Shown here: positions 1 through 9,684 of the stretch, piece by piece
Layout of the letters: every line of letters starts with the position of its first letter
How positions within the stretch are numbered: the first letter of the stretch is position 1
Origin: Candidatus Gastranaerophilales bacterium
GTDB taxonomy: Bacteria > Cyanobacteriota > Vampirovibrionia > Gastranaerophilales > Gastranaerophilaceae
DNA: 29,702 nucleotides
Assembly (NCBI GenBank): GCA_947625445.1
Contig: CANQOM010000001.1
Coordinates: 1 to 29,702, forward strand
Reading direction: 5' to 3'
Notes under the pieces: generated by a model
What the model saw: only the letters and a program-made list of their open reading frames with translations
Told to the model about the DNA's origin: nothing
Databases searched by the model: none
Program-made: the position numbers and the translations under genes

Positions 1-1
1 C

Positions 2-439
2 AAAATAGTTGAAACAGAGGCTTATACACAAGATGAACAGGCATGTCATGCATATAGAGGCATTACTAAACGAAATGAAGCCATGTTTAAAAAACCGGGT
101 ATTACTTATGTATATTTTACTTATGGTATGTATTATTGTTTAAATATAATAACGGAACGTGAAGGTTACGGTTCTGGCGTTTTAATAAGAGCTTTGGAAC
201 CGATTCACTGTGATATTAATAATACTAACGGACCTGCTAAATTGTGTCGTGCTTTTGATATTACAAAAGCATTGAATGAAATTGATGTTTGTTCGGATAA
301 GTCTCCTTTATGGATTGAATATGGTGATAAAATTGAAGATTCAAAGATTATTACTACAAAAAGGATAGGTATTAAACATGCAACAGAATTGCCTTGGAGA
401 TTTTATATAAAGGGAAATAAATTTGTATCAAAACCTTAA
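2..439 (+). CDS. mpg: DNA-3-methyladenine glycosylase (AAG/MPG type), 5' end outside window
   Basis: Frame is open from base 2 (KIVETEAY...ACHAYRG.TKRN.AMF), followed by YVYFTYGMYYCLNI, VLIRALEP, NGPAKLC and RIGI...LPWRFYI motifs of MPG family. The ORF-track start at 83 is internal. Confidence 0.93.
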   Translation, partial: KIVETEAYTQDEQACHAYRGITKRNEAMFKKPGITYVYFTYGMYYCLNIITEREGYGSGVLIRALEPIHCDINNTNGPAKLCRAFDITKALNEIDVCSDKSPLWIEYGDKIEDSKIITTKRIGIKHATELPWRFYIKGNKFVSKP

Positions 440-1248
440 TCTATTGAAAGATTATAAACTTTGTTTTTATTTTCATTGTATAGTTTTGAAATTATTCTTG
501 AAATATCCTTTTGTGAGAATCCTTCTTGTTTTAAAAGGTTAATTTTTTCTTTTATTTCTGTATCTGTAAGAGAATTTTCTTCTTGAGAAAAAATCATAGC
601 AACAATTTCACCTTTTAAAGAATTAGTCTCGTAATAAGAAAGTAATTGTTTAACGCTCATAATTTTAACTTCTTCATAAACTTTTGTAAGTTCTCTTCCC
701 AGAGCCATTTTGGTATTTTCTCCAAATATTTCTGATATATTTTTAAGTGTATCTTTAATTCTGTTAGGTGAATCGTAAAAAACACAGTTTGTATATTTAT
801 ATTTATTAAATATATCAGCTTGTTGTTTGAAAGTTTTAGGCACAAACCCTATAAAAACATATTCTTCATTATTTCTTGGAATAAGACTTAAGAAAACTGA
901 AATAGCACAAGCTCCGGGAATGGAAGTTATTTTTACATTATTTTTATATAATTCTTCTGTTAAAGCTCCTCCCGGGTCAGATATTCCTGGTGTTCCGGCA
1001 TCTGATACAAGCGCAATTGTTTTACCTTCTTCAATTAGTGAAATAATTTTAGTGCTTCTTTGTTTTTCATTAAACTTATGACAATCAAAAAGTTTGGCTT
1101 TTATATTGTATTTATCAATTAATACTTTTGTGGTGCGAGTGTCTTCACATGCAATATAATCAACACTTTTTAACACTTCAAGCGCTCTTAAACTAATATC
1201 AGATAAGTTTCCTATTGGAGTTGCAACTATATAAAATTGTGAATCCAT
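436..1248 (-). CDS. rsmI: 16S rRNA (cytidine1402-2'-O)-methyltransferase RsmI
   Basis: YIVATPIGNLSDIS.RA, IACEDTR, LVSDAGTPGISDPG, IPGACA, YDSPNR, RELTKVYEE, KGEIV. Stop overlaps the mpg stop (TTAA). Confidence 0.95.
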   Translation of the reverse strand: MDSQFYIVATPIGNLSDISLRALEVLKSVDYIACEDTRTTKVLIDKYNIKAKLFDCHKFNEKQRSTKIISLIEEGKTIALVSDAGTPGISDPGGALTEELYKNNVKITSIPGACAISVFLSLIPRNNEEYVFIGFVPKTFKQQADIFNKYKYTNCVFYDSPNRIKDTLKNISEIFGENTKMALGRELTKVYEEVKIMSVKQLLSYYETNSLKGEIVAMIFSQEENSLTDTEIKEKINLLKQEGFSQKDISRIISKLYNENKNKVYNLSID

Positions 1249-1568
1249 TACTTTATTTGCCTTTTTATAGGATTATCAACAATTCCTTGATTTGTATTAT
1301 ATAAATTGCCGTATGACAGATTATCAAATGTTTTATTTAATCCGGTTACATCAAGTATATGATCTATATTGGGATTTACATTGCTTATTGATAACGATTT
1401 GTTGTTTAAAAGAGCAACTTTTTGTAATTTTAACAACATTTTTATTCCGGTTAAATCTATTGATTCTATATTTGAAAAATCCAAATTGATTTTATTTGCT
1501 TTTTCAAATTCTGTATTATCAATATTTATAATATTCTTGAATATTTCTGAAACTTTTAATATTTGCAT
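1248..1568 (-). CDS. STAS-domain protein (anti-sigma-factor antagonist-like)
   Basis: INLDFSNIESIDLTGIKMLL...LSISNVNPNIDHILDVTGL fits the STAS pattern (LD.S.V..IDS.G). Stop overlaps the rsmI ATG (TAATG). Confidence 0.75.
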   Translation of the reverse strand: MQILKVSEIFKNIINIDNTEFEKANKINLDFSNIESIDLTGIKMLLKLQKVALLNNKSLSISNVNPNIDHILDVTGLNKTFDNLSYGNLYNTNQGIVDNPIKRQIK

Positions 1569-1637
1569 GAAATCCGACTATTCATTTATTTGTTGAATAT
1601 TATTATATTAATATTTTATTTAAAATAATGCAAGCTT

Positions 1638-2348
1638 TTAACCTGCTTTTCTTATTTTTTCGGATTCAATCGTATTATAATTATTTATAACAAAATCTTT
1701 TGGAATTGTAGTTGTATTTGAATTATTAAATTTCCCGTTAATTTTATAGTTTATGGAAGGGATTTTTTTAGACTGAATAAGGTTTTTATGTCTTAATGTA
1801 TTTGCATAATTTTTAGATTTAACGGTTTCATAAGTGTTATTTTTAGCATAATGTTTTTCTTTTGGTTTTGAATTTATCATAAGAATAAATAAAAGAATAA
1901 CTCCTAAAACAGAAAATGATATAAATCTGTTATTTAAAATGCTCAAAGTTTCTGAATTTTTATTTATGTCAGCCGGTTTAATGACACCAGATGAAAGTTC
2001 TTGAGTGTAAATATTGGCATTTTCGATATTATCACCTTGCAGAAGAATAATAGTATTATCATTTTTCTTTTGAACAATAACGTTATTTAAATCTGCAGCA
2101 TTGTCATATATTATTTCTAAGGATTCGGAAGGAAGTACAGAAGATAATACAAGAGTCATATTATTTGTATTATCAACATATTTATTAATGTTAACAGATT
2201 TATCAAGTTTAAGTTTTATATTATATTTTCCCTGATTATCTTGATTAACATCAATACCGGCAAGTGAACTTTCAAGTGCAAAAGCACTTGTAGCTCCTGC
2301 TAAAAGTATTAAAACGAATAATACAAATCTAATTGCCGACTTAAACAT
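1638..2348 (-). CDS. Hypothetical single-pass membrane protein with signal peptide and beta-rich (possibly AMIN-like) exported domain
   Basis: N-terminal signal peptide (MFKSAIRFVLFVLILLAGATSAFA), one hydrophobic helix (FISFSVLGVILLFILMI), basic C-terminal tail, GGAGAT RBS upstream. The AMIN resemblance is weak. Confidence 0.6.
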   Translation of the reverse strand: MFKSAIRFVLFVLILLAGATSAFALESSLAGIDVNQDNQGKYNIKLKLDKSVNINKYVDNTNNMTLVLSSVLPSESLEIIYDNAADLNNVIVQKKNDNTIILLQGDNIENANIYTQELSSGVIKPADINKNSETLSILNNRFISFSVLGVILLFILMINSKPKEKHYAKNNTYETVKSKNYANTLRHKNLIQSKKIPSINYKINGKFNNSNTTTIPKDFVINNYNTIESEKIRKAG

Positions 2349-2488
2349 ATATCTCCAACAATTAATATATCCTTAAAAATATTTTATAGATTTTATCTCT
2401 TTAATACATCAATCAAACGGATTATAAAAATATCTAAATCTAAAGATTAATACGTCAGAAATATTACTGTAAAAATAATAATTTTTGC

Positions 2489-2517
2489 TTGCGTAAAACA
2501 ATAAAATCTAATATCAT
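2489..2517 (+). promoter_or_regulatory. Putative sigma70 promoter of the GH13-nagZ operon
   Basis: TTGCGT (2489-2494), 17-nt spacer, TATCAT (2512-2517), 45 nt upstream of the ATG at 2563. Confidence 0.45.
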
Positions 2518-2562
2518 GCAATATAATATGTATGCATTTCATGGTTTTGCGAGGTGAAGAAT

Positions 2563-4851
2563 ATGTTTGATTTTCTATTAAAAAAACAATCAATTAGTAA
2601 ATCGGAGATAATTAAAAAGCAGTATTCTAAAATAAAAGAATTATATTCACAAGAAGATGTTTCATTAAAAAGGAAAGCTGAACTCACAAATTTAATAGAA
2701 AAATACGGATATCTTCCGTATTCACAAGCAAGAGCTTTAAATGAACTGACTAAAGGTGAAGTTATTGTTTGTCTTGAAAAAAAACTTGAAATGAATGATA
2801 CATTTAATAATAATGAGTTTAAAATAGAAAATGATGAAATAAGTGTATTAAAAAGATATGGATACAAAGATGCGGATTGGATTAAACAAGAACAACAGGA
2901 TATAAAATTAGTTAATCTTGCAGCACTGGGTGACGGAACAAAAGATAGTTCTCCCGCTAAGTTCATAGATTGGCTTCGACAAATAATTATACTTCCAACT
3001 GGAAATCAGAAAAGAAATGTACTTTCAACAACAATATATCTTGTTCCGTTTCATCCTCGTGATTTTGGAAATGCTTATTTGACTGCAAGTGCTGAAGAAG
3101 TCAGTAAAAAATTGTCGGATAAAGAATTAGAGAACATTAATATATCAGCAAAAGAACAAATTCAATTGTTTATTGCACTTGCTCAATTATGCGGGCATCC
3201 TGTCATTTATGATGTCTTTCCTCAAACAGGTAGATATTCAAAAACTATTTTAGCTCATCCTGAGATAGTAAGATGGATAGATGTTAAGTTTCTTACAGAA
3301 GAAATTTCTAAATCTTTGAATTATGTAGCTATAAAATTATCATCAGAATTTGATGAAGATGATGTTACTATAGTCAGAAATATATACAAAACAACTTTGA
3401 CCGACGGTTCAGCTGATTTATCACCCGAATTTCAACCTATTTACAAACGATTTACTCAAGAATTAGAAGATAAACAAAAAGAACTTTCTAATTATATGAC
3501 CAAGAAAGAAGAGCAAAAAAAGCTTCAAAAAAGAGTAAGAAATATTGTAGCAAAAGTTATAGGAACTAAACCAAGTAAGATAAAACATGATAGTGATATA
3601 ACGAAACGTGGAGAAATAATAAATACTTTAATAGAGGAAGGTTTGTGGACACTACCTGACGGAGCGTGGTGTTCAAGCGGAATCCCTGTTTTTGAAAAAA
3701 TGGCGGAATGTGGTTCTTATCCAATGTTTAGACATTATGATGCTAAAGGTTGTGATGTTTCTAAATTTGCAGAATCTGATTGCCAATCACCCTTTTATTT
3801 TGTTTTCTTAGAAAACGGAGAATATAATCTTCCCGTTATTAATTTTTATTTGAATTATCTCCAAGATTTGCAAGAAGATTATAATTTTGACGGATTCAGA
3901 ATATCTCATACTGACTTTGTTGTAGATGAAATGAGTGAGAAAAATTTAACTCCTATAAGTTACAGAGCGCCACGATTTTTATTAAAGAAAGCCAATGAAA
4001 TATTAAAGAAAAAAGTACCATATTTTGCATGTATGGCTGAATATAGGCTATGGGGTTCTTTTTATAAAGAATATCATCAGGATATGGGCTTTGATGTACT
4101 TTGGGGAAATGATACCAAGACTGATTATGAAAAAAATCCTGTTGAAGTTATTAATAATAATAGAGAACTGGCTAATTATAATAGTGAAGTTTCAGGAAAT
4201 TCTCTGCTTTCAATTTTAAAAGCATACAATAATCAAGATGGTGAATTTAGAACAGTTAACAGATATTTAGGTTTAATGGACGAAGAAGAAGCGTTATTTA
4301 AATGGTTTAAATTTAGATTCTTACCAGGCGGCAAGTTGGCTCATCGTCCTATTATGTACGTTGACGGGGATGAATCATTTTCTAAAGACGGTATAGAATC
4401 TACTATACAAGAAGAAGTTTCTTTAATAAGAGATTTTGATGAAGATTTTTATAATAAATTTGATGCAATCAGAAGATTTTCTGTTAATAATGAGTTAACT
4501 GTTGATGGTGAGGCTCAAATAATTAACCAAAATAATGATGGCTTTATAAGTTGGATGATTTCAAAAGAAACTGTTAAAGAAAGTTTTATTATAGTTGCAA
4601 ATTACTTGCCTCAAAATGAAAAAATATTAAAACAAAATTCGGAAGGAATAATGGAGTATTCTATAAAATCCAACTATGCTATAGAAAATAAAAAAGTAGA
4701 ATTGCCTTCTGATTATACACTAAGTTGTGAATATATATATGAAAATGATAAAAAAGATTTTATAGAACATTATTTTGGGCAAGATATTAAAACAATAGAT
4801 ATAGAAAAGCTTGAACCCTCTGAATTTAGGATATTTAAAATAAAGAGATAG
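2563..4851 (+). CDS. GH13 (alpha-amylase clan, maltosyltransferase-like) protein with substituted catalytic nucleophile
   Basis: GH13-like regions: TIYLVPFHP, VIYDVFPQTG (region I), FDGFRISH (region II, Ser where Asp is expected), MAEY (III), YNNQDGE (IV). ATG 2563 preferred over GTG 2554 because GAGG lies 8 nt upstream. Confidence 0.65.
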   Translation: MFDFLLKKQSISKSEIIKKQYSKIKELYSQEDVSLKRKAELTNLIEKYGYLPYSQARALNELTKGEVIVCLEKKLEMNDTFNNNEFKIENDEISVLKRYGYKDADWIKQEQQDIKLVNLAALGDGTKDSSPAKFIDWLRQIIILPTGNQKRNVLSTTIYLVPFHPRDFGNAYLTASAEEVSKKLSDKELENINISAKEQIQLFIALAQLCGHPVIYDVFPQTGRYSKTILAHPEIVRWIDVKFLTEEISKSLNYVAIKLSSEFDEDDVTIVRNIYKTTLTDGSADLSPEFQPIYKRFTQELEDKQKELSNYMTKKEEQKKLQKRVRNIVAKVIGTKPSKIKHDSDITKRGEIINTLIEEGLWTLPDGAWCSSGIPVFEKMAECGSYPMFRHYDAKGCDVSKFAESDCQSPFYFVFLENGEYNLPVINFYLNYLQDLQEDYNFDGFRISHTDFVVDEMSEKNLTPISYRAPRFLLKKANEILKKKVPYFACMAEYRLWGSFYKEYHQDMGFDVLWGNDTKTDYEKNPVEVINNNRELANYNSEVSGNSLLSILKAYNNQDGEFRTVNRYLGLMDEEEALFKWFKFRFLPGGKLAHRPIMYVDGDESFSKDGIESTIQEEVSLIRDFDEDFYNKFDAIRRFSVNNELTVDGEAQIINQNNDGFISWMISKETVKESFIIVANYLPQNEKILKQNSEGIMEYSIKSNYAIENKKVELPSDYTLSCEYIYENDKKDFIEHYFGQDIKTIDIEKLEPSEFRIFKIKR

Positions 4852-4854
4852 GCT

Positions 4855-5859
4855 ATGCAAAAATTAACCTTAAAACAAAAAATATCTCAAATGTTTATAT
4901 TGGGTTTTGAGGGAGAAGACTATTCTTCAAACGCTTATTTTAAAGAACTTTTAAAGAATAATTTAGGTGGTGTTATATTTTTTTCACAAAATATAAAAAC
5001 TAAATTACAATTTAAAAATCTTATTTCAGATATAAAAAAGGAATCATTTTCTCAACTGTTTTTTAGTATTGACCAAGAAGGCGGAAGAGTTGAAAGAACA
5101 GAGAATATTCATGGCGGTAAAAAATATTTAAGTGCACAATATGCATATGAAAAGGGTTTGGATTTTTTACAAAATCAAACACATGAAATAGCATCAGAAC
5201 TTAAAAATTATGGAATTAATATGAACTTTGCTCCTGTTCTGGATGTAAATACGAATAAAAATAATCCCATAATAAATGAACGTGCATTTTCAGATAAGCC
5301 TGAGGAAGTTATTAAGGCTGCAAAAATTGTTGTTGATGAATATGAAAAGTACAATATAATAACAGTTGGAAAGCATTTTCCCGGGCATGGAGATGCGAGT
5401 AAAGACTCTCATAAAACTCTGCCGGTTATAGATTTATCTTATGAAGAGATGATAAAAACTCATATAAGACCTTTTAAAGAACTTATTAAATCAGGACTGC
5501 CGGCTATCATGGCAGCTCATGTTTTGTATCCTCATCTTTCAGATGATAATTTACCTGCTTCATTATCAAAAAAAATAATATTTGATTTATTAAGAAAAAA
5601 ATTATCTTTTTCCGGAATAATTATGACTGACGATATGGAAATGAACGGAGTAAAGGGGTTCTCAAAAATTGATGCCTGTACTCTTGCTATTAATGCAGGT
5701 GTTGATATGTTTATTTTTAGAAATACCACAAAAGAAATTTATGATTTAATTTCGTTGATTGAAGATAGAGTTAAAAATGGTATTATTTCTGAAAAAAGAA
5801 TTGATGAGGCTATTAATAACATATTTGAAATAAAGTGCCGATATAAAATAGTAGGGTGA
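4855..5859 (+). CDS. nagZ: Beta-N-acetylhexosaminidase (GH3, NagZ), cytoplasmic
   Basis: SIDQEGGRVER, NFAPVLDV, KHFPGHGDASKDSH (NagZ signature) and TDDMEM nucleophile. No signal peptide. Confidence 0.9.
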   Translation: MQKLTLKQKISQMFILGFEGEDYSSNAYFKELLKNNLGGVIFFSQNIKTKLQFKNLISDIKKESFSQLFFSIDQEGGRVERTENIHGGKKYLSAQYAYEKGLDFLQNQTHEIASELKNYGINMNFAPVLDVNTNKNNPIINERAFSDKPEEVIKAAKIVVDEYEKYNIITVGKHFPGHGDASKDSHKTLPVIDLSYEEMIKTHIRPFKELIKSGLPAIMAAHVLYPHLSDDNLPASLSKKIIFDLLRKKLSFSGIIMTDDMEMNGVKGFSKIDACTLAINAGVDMFIFRNTTKEIYDLISLIEDRVKNGIISEKRIDEAINNIFEIKCRYKIVG

Positions 5860-5909
5860 GTATAACAAATTTTTTCTCTTCGGTTAAAAATTATAAAAAC
5901 GGAGGAAAA

Positions 5910-6152
5910 ATGAAAAAAATTTATATATCTTTAATGATAGTTATATCATCTGTAAACGTATGTTATGCGGACGGATTTGAATTGACTGACGTAATAAAAG
6001 AGGCAAGAGAAGCAAAAAATATGCAGGTAATGAACAGTCAAAAACCTGACAATATAAAACCTGTAACTAATTCAAAAGATAATTCAGTTCAGGAACAAAA
6101 TGCTTGTGAAAAAATAAATCAAAACGAAGTTATTAAACAATCACAAAATTAA
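5910..6152 (+). CDS. Small secreted hypothetical protein (80 aa)
   Basis: GGAGG at 5901-5905 then ATG 5910; MKKIYISLMIVISSVNVCYA is a typical Sec signal peptide. Confidence 0.65.
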   Translation: MKKIYISLMIVISSVNVCYADGFELTDVIKEAREAKNMQVMNSQKPDNIKPVTNSKDNSVQEQNACEKINQNEVIKQSQN

Positions 6153-6216
6153 TTTTTATATTGTTCGAGTAATATATACTGAGTGGGCAGAAGGTGTTAC
6201 AAAACGAACAGTCGAG

Positions 6217-7446
6217 CTATTGTGACACTCGATTATATACTTCTCCTATCATATATAAACTTCCTGTTATTACTGTTAAAATATTTGGATTTATAATTTT
6301 ATAAATATCTTTTTGTTCTATTTTTTTTATGTTGTTTAAGAAATTGATGTTTTTTATATATTCTTCATAAGAAACCGCATTTTTATGGTTAAATTCCATA
6401 AAGTATATTTCATCTTCTTTGTCAAAAAGAATTTTAGCAATTTTTTTATAATCTTTTGTATTAATAGTTGAATATATAAAAATTCTTTTTTGATTTTTAA
6501 AATAATAATCAAGGCTTTTCTTTAATTCTAAAGCGCCATCAGGATTGTGTGCACCATCTATTAATATATTTTTTTCTTTTATATATTCAAGCCTTGCACC
6601 CCATTTTACAGTTTTAAATCCTTTTATTAATGCGATATTATTTATATTAACCCCTAAATTTTCTATAGCACACATTGCCAGTGCAAAGTTATCTTTTTGG
6701 TACGTACCTAAAAGAGAAAGTTCGTATTTTTTTCCTTCATAAATAGCGTAATTTTTATTATTTTCATATAATAATTCAACATTAGAATTACAGACTTTCA
6801 GAGTTGCATTTTTTTCTTTTGCAATTTTTTTTATTACTTCAAATCCCAAATTTTTTTCAGATATTACAACTGTAGAATTGTTTTTAATTATTCCTCCTTT
6901 TTCAAAAGCAATTTGTTCTATGGTATTGCCTAATCTGTCTGTGTGGTCTTCTGATATTGAAGTAATAATTTCAAGAATGGGGTTATTACAAACATTTGTT
7001 GCATCAAATCTTCCGCCTAAACCTGTTTCTATAATAGCAAAGTCTACTTTATTATCATAAAAATATTTATATGCCATTATAGTTAATAGTTCAAATTCTG
7101 TTAAATCTATATTATTATTTTCTGCAAGATTTAGAACTTCGTTTAAATATTTTGTAAAATAATCTTTTGTAATATCAATGAAGTTGATTTTTATACGTTC
7201 TGTATATTCAACCAAGTGAGGACTGGTGTAAAGCCCTGTTTTATATCCTGCACACTTAAGAATATTTGCCAGCATTGAACAAACAGAACCTTTTCCGTTT
7301 GTTCCTGCTATATGTATTACTTTTAATTTATTTTGAGGATTATCGAGTATGTTTAATATCTCCTGAACTCTTTGAGTACCGGGATTTATATAAAATTTAC
7401 TTTGTGATTGTAATAATTCTATAGCTGATTTATAAGATAATTTCAT
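6217..7446 (-). CDS. folC: Folylpolyglutamate synthase/dihydrofolate synthase
   Basis: IHIAGTNGKGSV, GLYTSPHL...ERIKIN, TEFE, ETGLGGRFDATNV, DGAHNPDG, TGSLYMIGEV. Confidence 0.94.
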   Translation of the reverse strand: MKLSYKSAIELLQSQSKFYINPGTQRVQEILNILDNPQNKLKVIHIAGTNGKGSVCSMLANILKCAGYKTGLYTSPHLVEYTERIKINFIDITKDYFTKYLNEVLNLAENNNIDLTEFELLTIMAYKYFYDNKVDFAIIETGLGGRFDATNVCNNPILEIITSISEDHTDRLGNTIEQIAFEKGGIIKNNSTVVISEKNLGFEVIKKIAKEKNATLKVCNSNVELLYENNKNYAIYEGKKYELSLLGTYQKDNFALAMCAIENLGVNINNIALIKGFKTVKWGARLEYIKEKNILIDGAHNPDGALELKKSLDYYFKNQKRIFIYSTINTKDYKKIAKILFDKEDEIYFMEFNHKNAVSYEEYIKNINFLNNIKKIEQKDIYKIINPNILTVITGSLYMIGEVYNRVSQ

Positions 7447-8558
7447 TTTATTGTACTTTTTAATAGGCTAACAATTTCATCTGCGGGATTTTTTTGTGCA
7501 ATTTCCTGTACTTTTTCTTTCATATAAAATAGTTTTTGGGGGTTGTCAATAAGTTCGTTTATTTTTTCTAAGAGTGTATTTTCATTACACTCTGAATCTT
7601 CTAAATATAATGAAACTCCTTTATTAAACATTTCTTTTGCATTTTTTCTCTGATGGTCTTGTGCTGCATATGGATATGGTATTAAAACAGATACAGATTC
7701 GCAGGCTATAATTTCAGATAAACTTACGGAGCCTGCTCTTGAAATTACTACATCAGAAGCTTTTAGAGGGTATACCATTTCATCAAAATATGGTTGTATA
7801 AGTACATTAGGACTACTTTTATATTCCGGAAAAAGTTGTTCCAATTCTGTTATTAACTCTTCATAATTCTTTTTCCCCGTTTGTAAAATTACAAAATAGT
7901 TTTCACTTAAAGGTTTGATTAATTTTATCATTGCAGAATTTATGGTTTTTGCACCCTGAGAACCTCCCATTGCGAATATAACTTGTTTATTACAAGGAAT
8001 ATTTAATTTTGTCTTAGCATCTTCTTTGGAAATATTATAAAAAACTTCTCTTATCGGATTTCCTGTAACAATAATATTATTTGATTTTAATATATGTTTA
8101 GAATTTTCAAAAGCAACAGATACTTTTTGTGCTTTTGGTGCGGAAATTTTAGACACCATTCCCGGAACAGAATCGCAATCATGTATCATATACGGGTGAT
8201 TAATAATTATTGAAGCTAAAACAATAGGAGCAGATACATAACCTCCCGTTGTAAATATACCGTCAGGTTTATATTTATTTAAATAAAAAATTGCTTTAAA
8301 TATTGCAAATACTATTTGTATGCCCCATTTTAAAAGATAGAAGCTAATTTTTCTTGGCATTCCCGAAACATCTATCGGTAAAAAAACCACATCTTTATAC
8401 TGTTTTGCAATATCATATTCGAGGTTTTTAGGGTTTCCTATAAAATATATTTTTTCTGTATCATCTTGTTTTAAAAGTTTTTCAATAATGGTAAAGGCAG
8501 GGTAGATATGACCTCCTGTTCCTCCTCCTGATATAAAATATTTTTTCTTACTGGACAT
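7443..8558 (-). CDS. murG: Undecaprenyl-PP-MurNAc-pentapeptide GlcNAc transferase MurG
   Basis: GGGTGGHIYPA, TGGYVSAP, TGNPIR, GGSQGA, SRAGS, DHQRKNA. Confidence 0.95.
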   Translation of the reverse strand: MSSKKKYFISGGGTGGHIYPAFTIIEKLLKQDDTEKIYFIGNPKNLEYDIAKQYKDVVFLPIDVSGMPRKISFYLLKWGIQIVFAIFKAIFYLNKYKPDGIFTTGGYVSAPIVLASIIINHPYMIHDCDSVPGMVSKISAPKAQKVSVAFENSKHILKSNNIIVTGNPIREVFYNISKEDAKTKLNIPCNKQVIFAMGGSQGAKTINSAMIKLIKPLSENYFVILQTGKKNYEELITELEQLFPEYKSSPNVLIQPYFDEMVYPLKASDVVISRAGSVSLSEIIACESVSVLIPYPYAAQDHQRKNAKEMFNKGVSLYLEDSECNENTLLEKINELIDNPQKLFYMKEKVQEIAQKNPADEIVSLLKSTIK

Positions 8559-9684
8559 TTGGCAACCTTCTTATTCTTTTTTTAGAAATATTTAATAAAA
8601 TACCAATCATACACATAGTTATAAATAAAGAAGTCCCACCATAACTGATAAATGGGAGAGGAACTCCAGTTGCAGGGAGCATAGAGCTTGCAACAGATAT
8701 ATTTATAAATGCTTGGATACATATTGAAATGCAAATACCTGCCGATAAAAGTTTTCCGAAAATATCTTCACATTTTGCCGAAATAATTATTCCACGTTGC
8801 AGAAAAGCAAGAAATAATCCTATTATAATTAAACATCCTATAAATCCAAATTCTTCAGCAAAAACTGCGTAAATAAAATCAGTATGCCCTTCAGGAAGCC
8901 AGCCTAATTTTTGTCGAGAATTTCCGTATCCTTCTCCAAACATTCCTCCTGCAACAAACGCCAACATTGATTGTATTATGTTATATCCTGCTCCATATGG
9001 GTCTGATTCCGGATTTAACCATATCATTATTCTTTGTTTTTGAAATGATTTTATTAGAAAACTTAGTCCGAAAACACCAAGACATATTGCTGATATTATT
9101 AGTTTTATTGATCCTCCAGCCGAGAAATACATTGCCATCGAAGATAATAATAATATTAATACCATACTTAAATTGGGCTGCTTAAATATTAAACCTATCA
9201 TTATTATTATAGGTATAAAATATTTCATTAAATTTTTGTTGAATATATTTGTATCTCTTGAAAAAGCACTGGATAAAAGTAAAATTACCGCTAATTTTGA
9301 GGCTTCTGACGGTTGAAATTGGATAGGACCTATTGTTAACCATCTGGTTGCACCGTTTACAGTCGTTCCGAAAAAGTGTACTCCTATTAATAAAAATATA
9401 ATAATCCATGCAAATGGGATTGATAATTTATCTAGGGCTTTATAATTAATATGGCTTAGTATCATCATCGCAAAACAACCTAAAATAAACCATATAAATT
9501 GTCTTACAACGAAAAATACTGACGATGTTCCTTGGATAATGCACTTTGGAGCACCTGCTGAAAATATCGCCAAAAATCCTATTATTATTAAAAATATTAC
9601 TATAAACGTCAATGTAGAGTCATACGATGACAATATTACAGAACTATTTATATCTTTGGTTTGATTATAACTTGGATTTGACAT
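8548..9684 (-). CDS. ftsW: SEDS family peptidoglycan polymerase FtsW
   Basis: GATRWL.IGPIQFQPSE..K, QPNLS, YNIIQS..A...GG.FG.G, PEGHTDFI.AV.AEE.G, TGVPLPFISYGGTS. Position between murD and murG favours ftsW over rodA. Start trimmed to ATG 9684 (uncertain). Confidence 0.88.
   Translation of the reverse strand: MSNPSYNQTKDINSSVILSSYDSTLTFIVIFLIIIGFLAIFSAGAPKCIIQGTSSVFFVVRQFIWFILGCFAMMILSHINYKALDKLSIPFAWIIIFLLIGVHFFGTTVNGATRWLTIGPIQFQPSEASKLAVILLLSSAFSRDTNIFNKNLMKYFIPIIIMIGLIFKQPNLSMVLILLLSSMAMYFSAGGSIKLIISAICLGVFGLSFLIKSFQKQRIMIWLNPESDPYGAGYNIIQSMLAFVAGGMFGEGYGNSRQKLGWLPEGHTDFIYAVFAEEFGFIGCLIIIGLFLAFLQRGIIISAKCEDIFGKLLSAGICISICIQAFINISVASSMLPATGVPLPFISYGGTSLFITMCMIGILLNISKKRIRRLPNVQ

Noticed and set aside
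1638-2348. Possible FliO-like flagellar protein (exported domain + TM + tail)
   Set aside because: The conserved cytoplasmic FliO motif is not visible and there are no flagellar genes nearby.
8741-8748. GCCGATAA octamers inside ftsW (8741-8748) and the polyferredoxin gene (14972-14979)
   Set aside because: Intragenic, no TAAA/TCAA -35 at the right distance, no downstream gene start; treated as chance matches.
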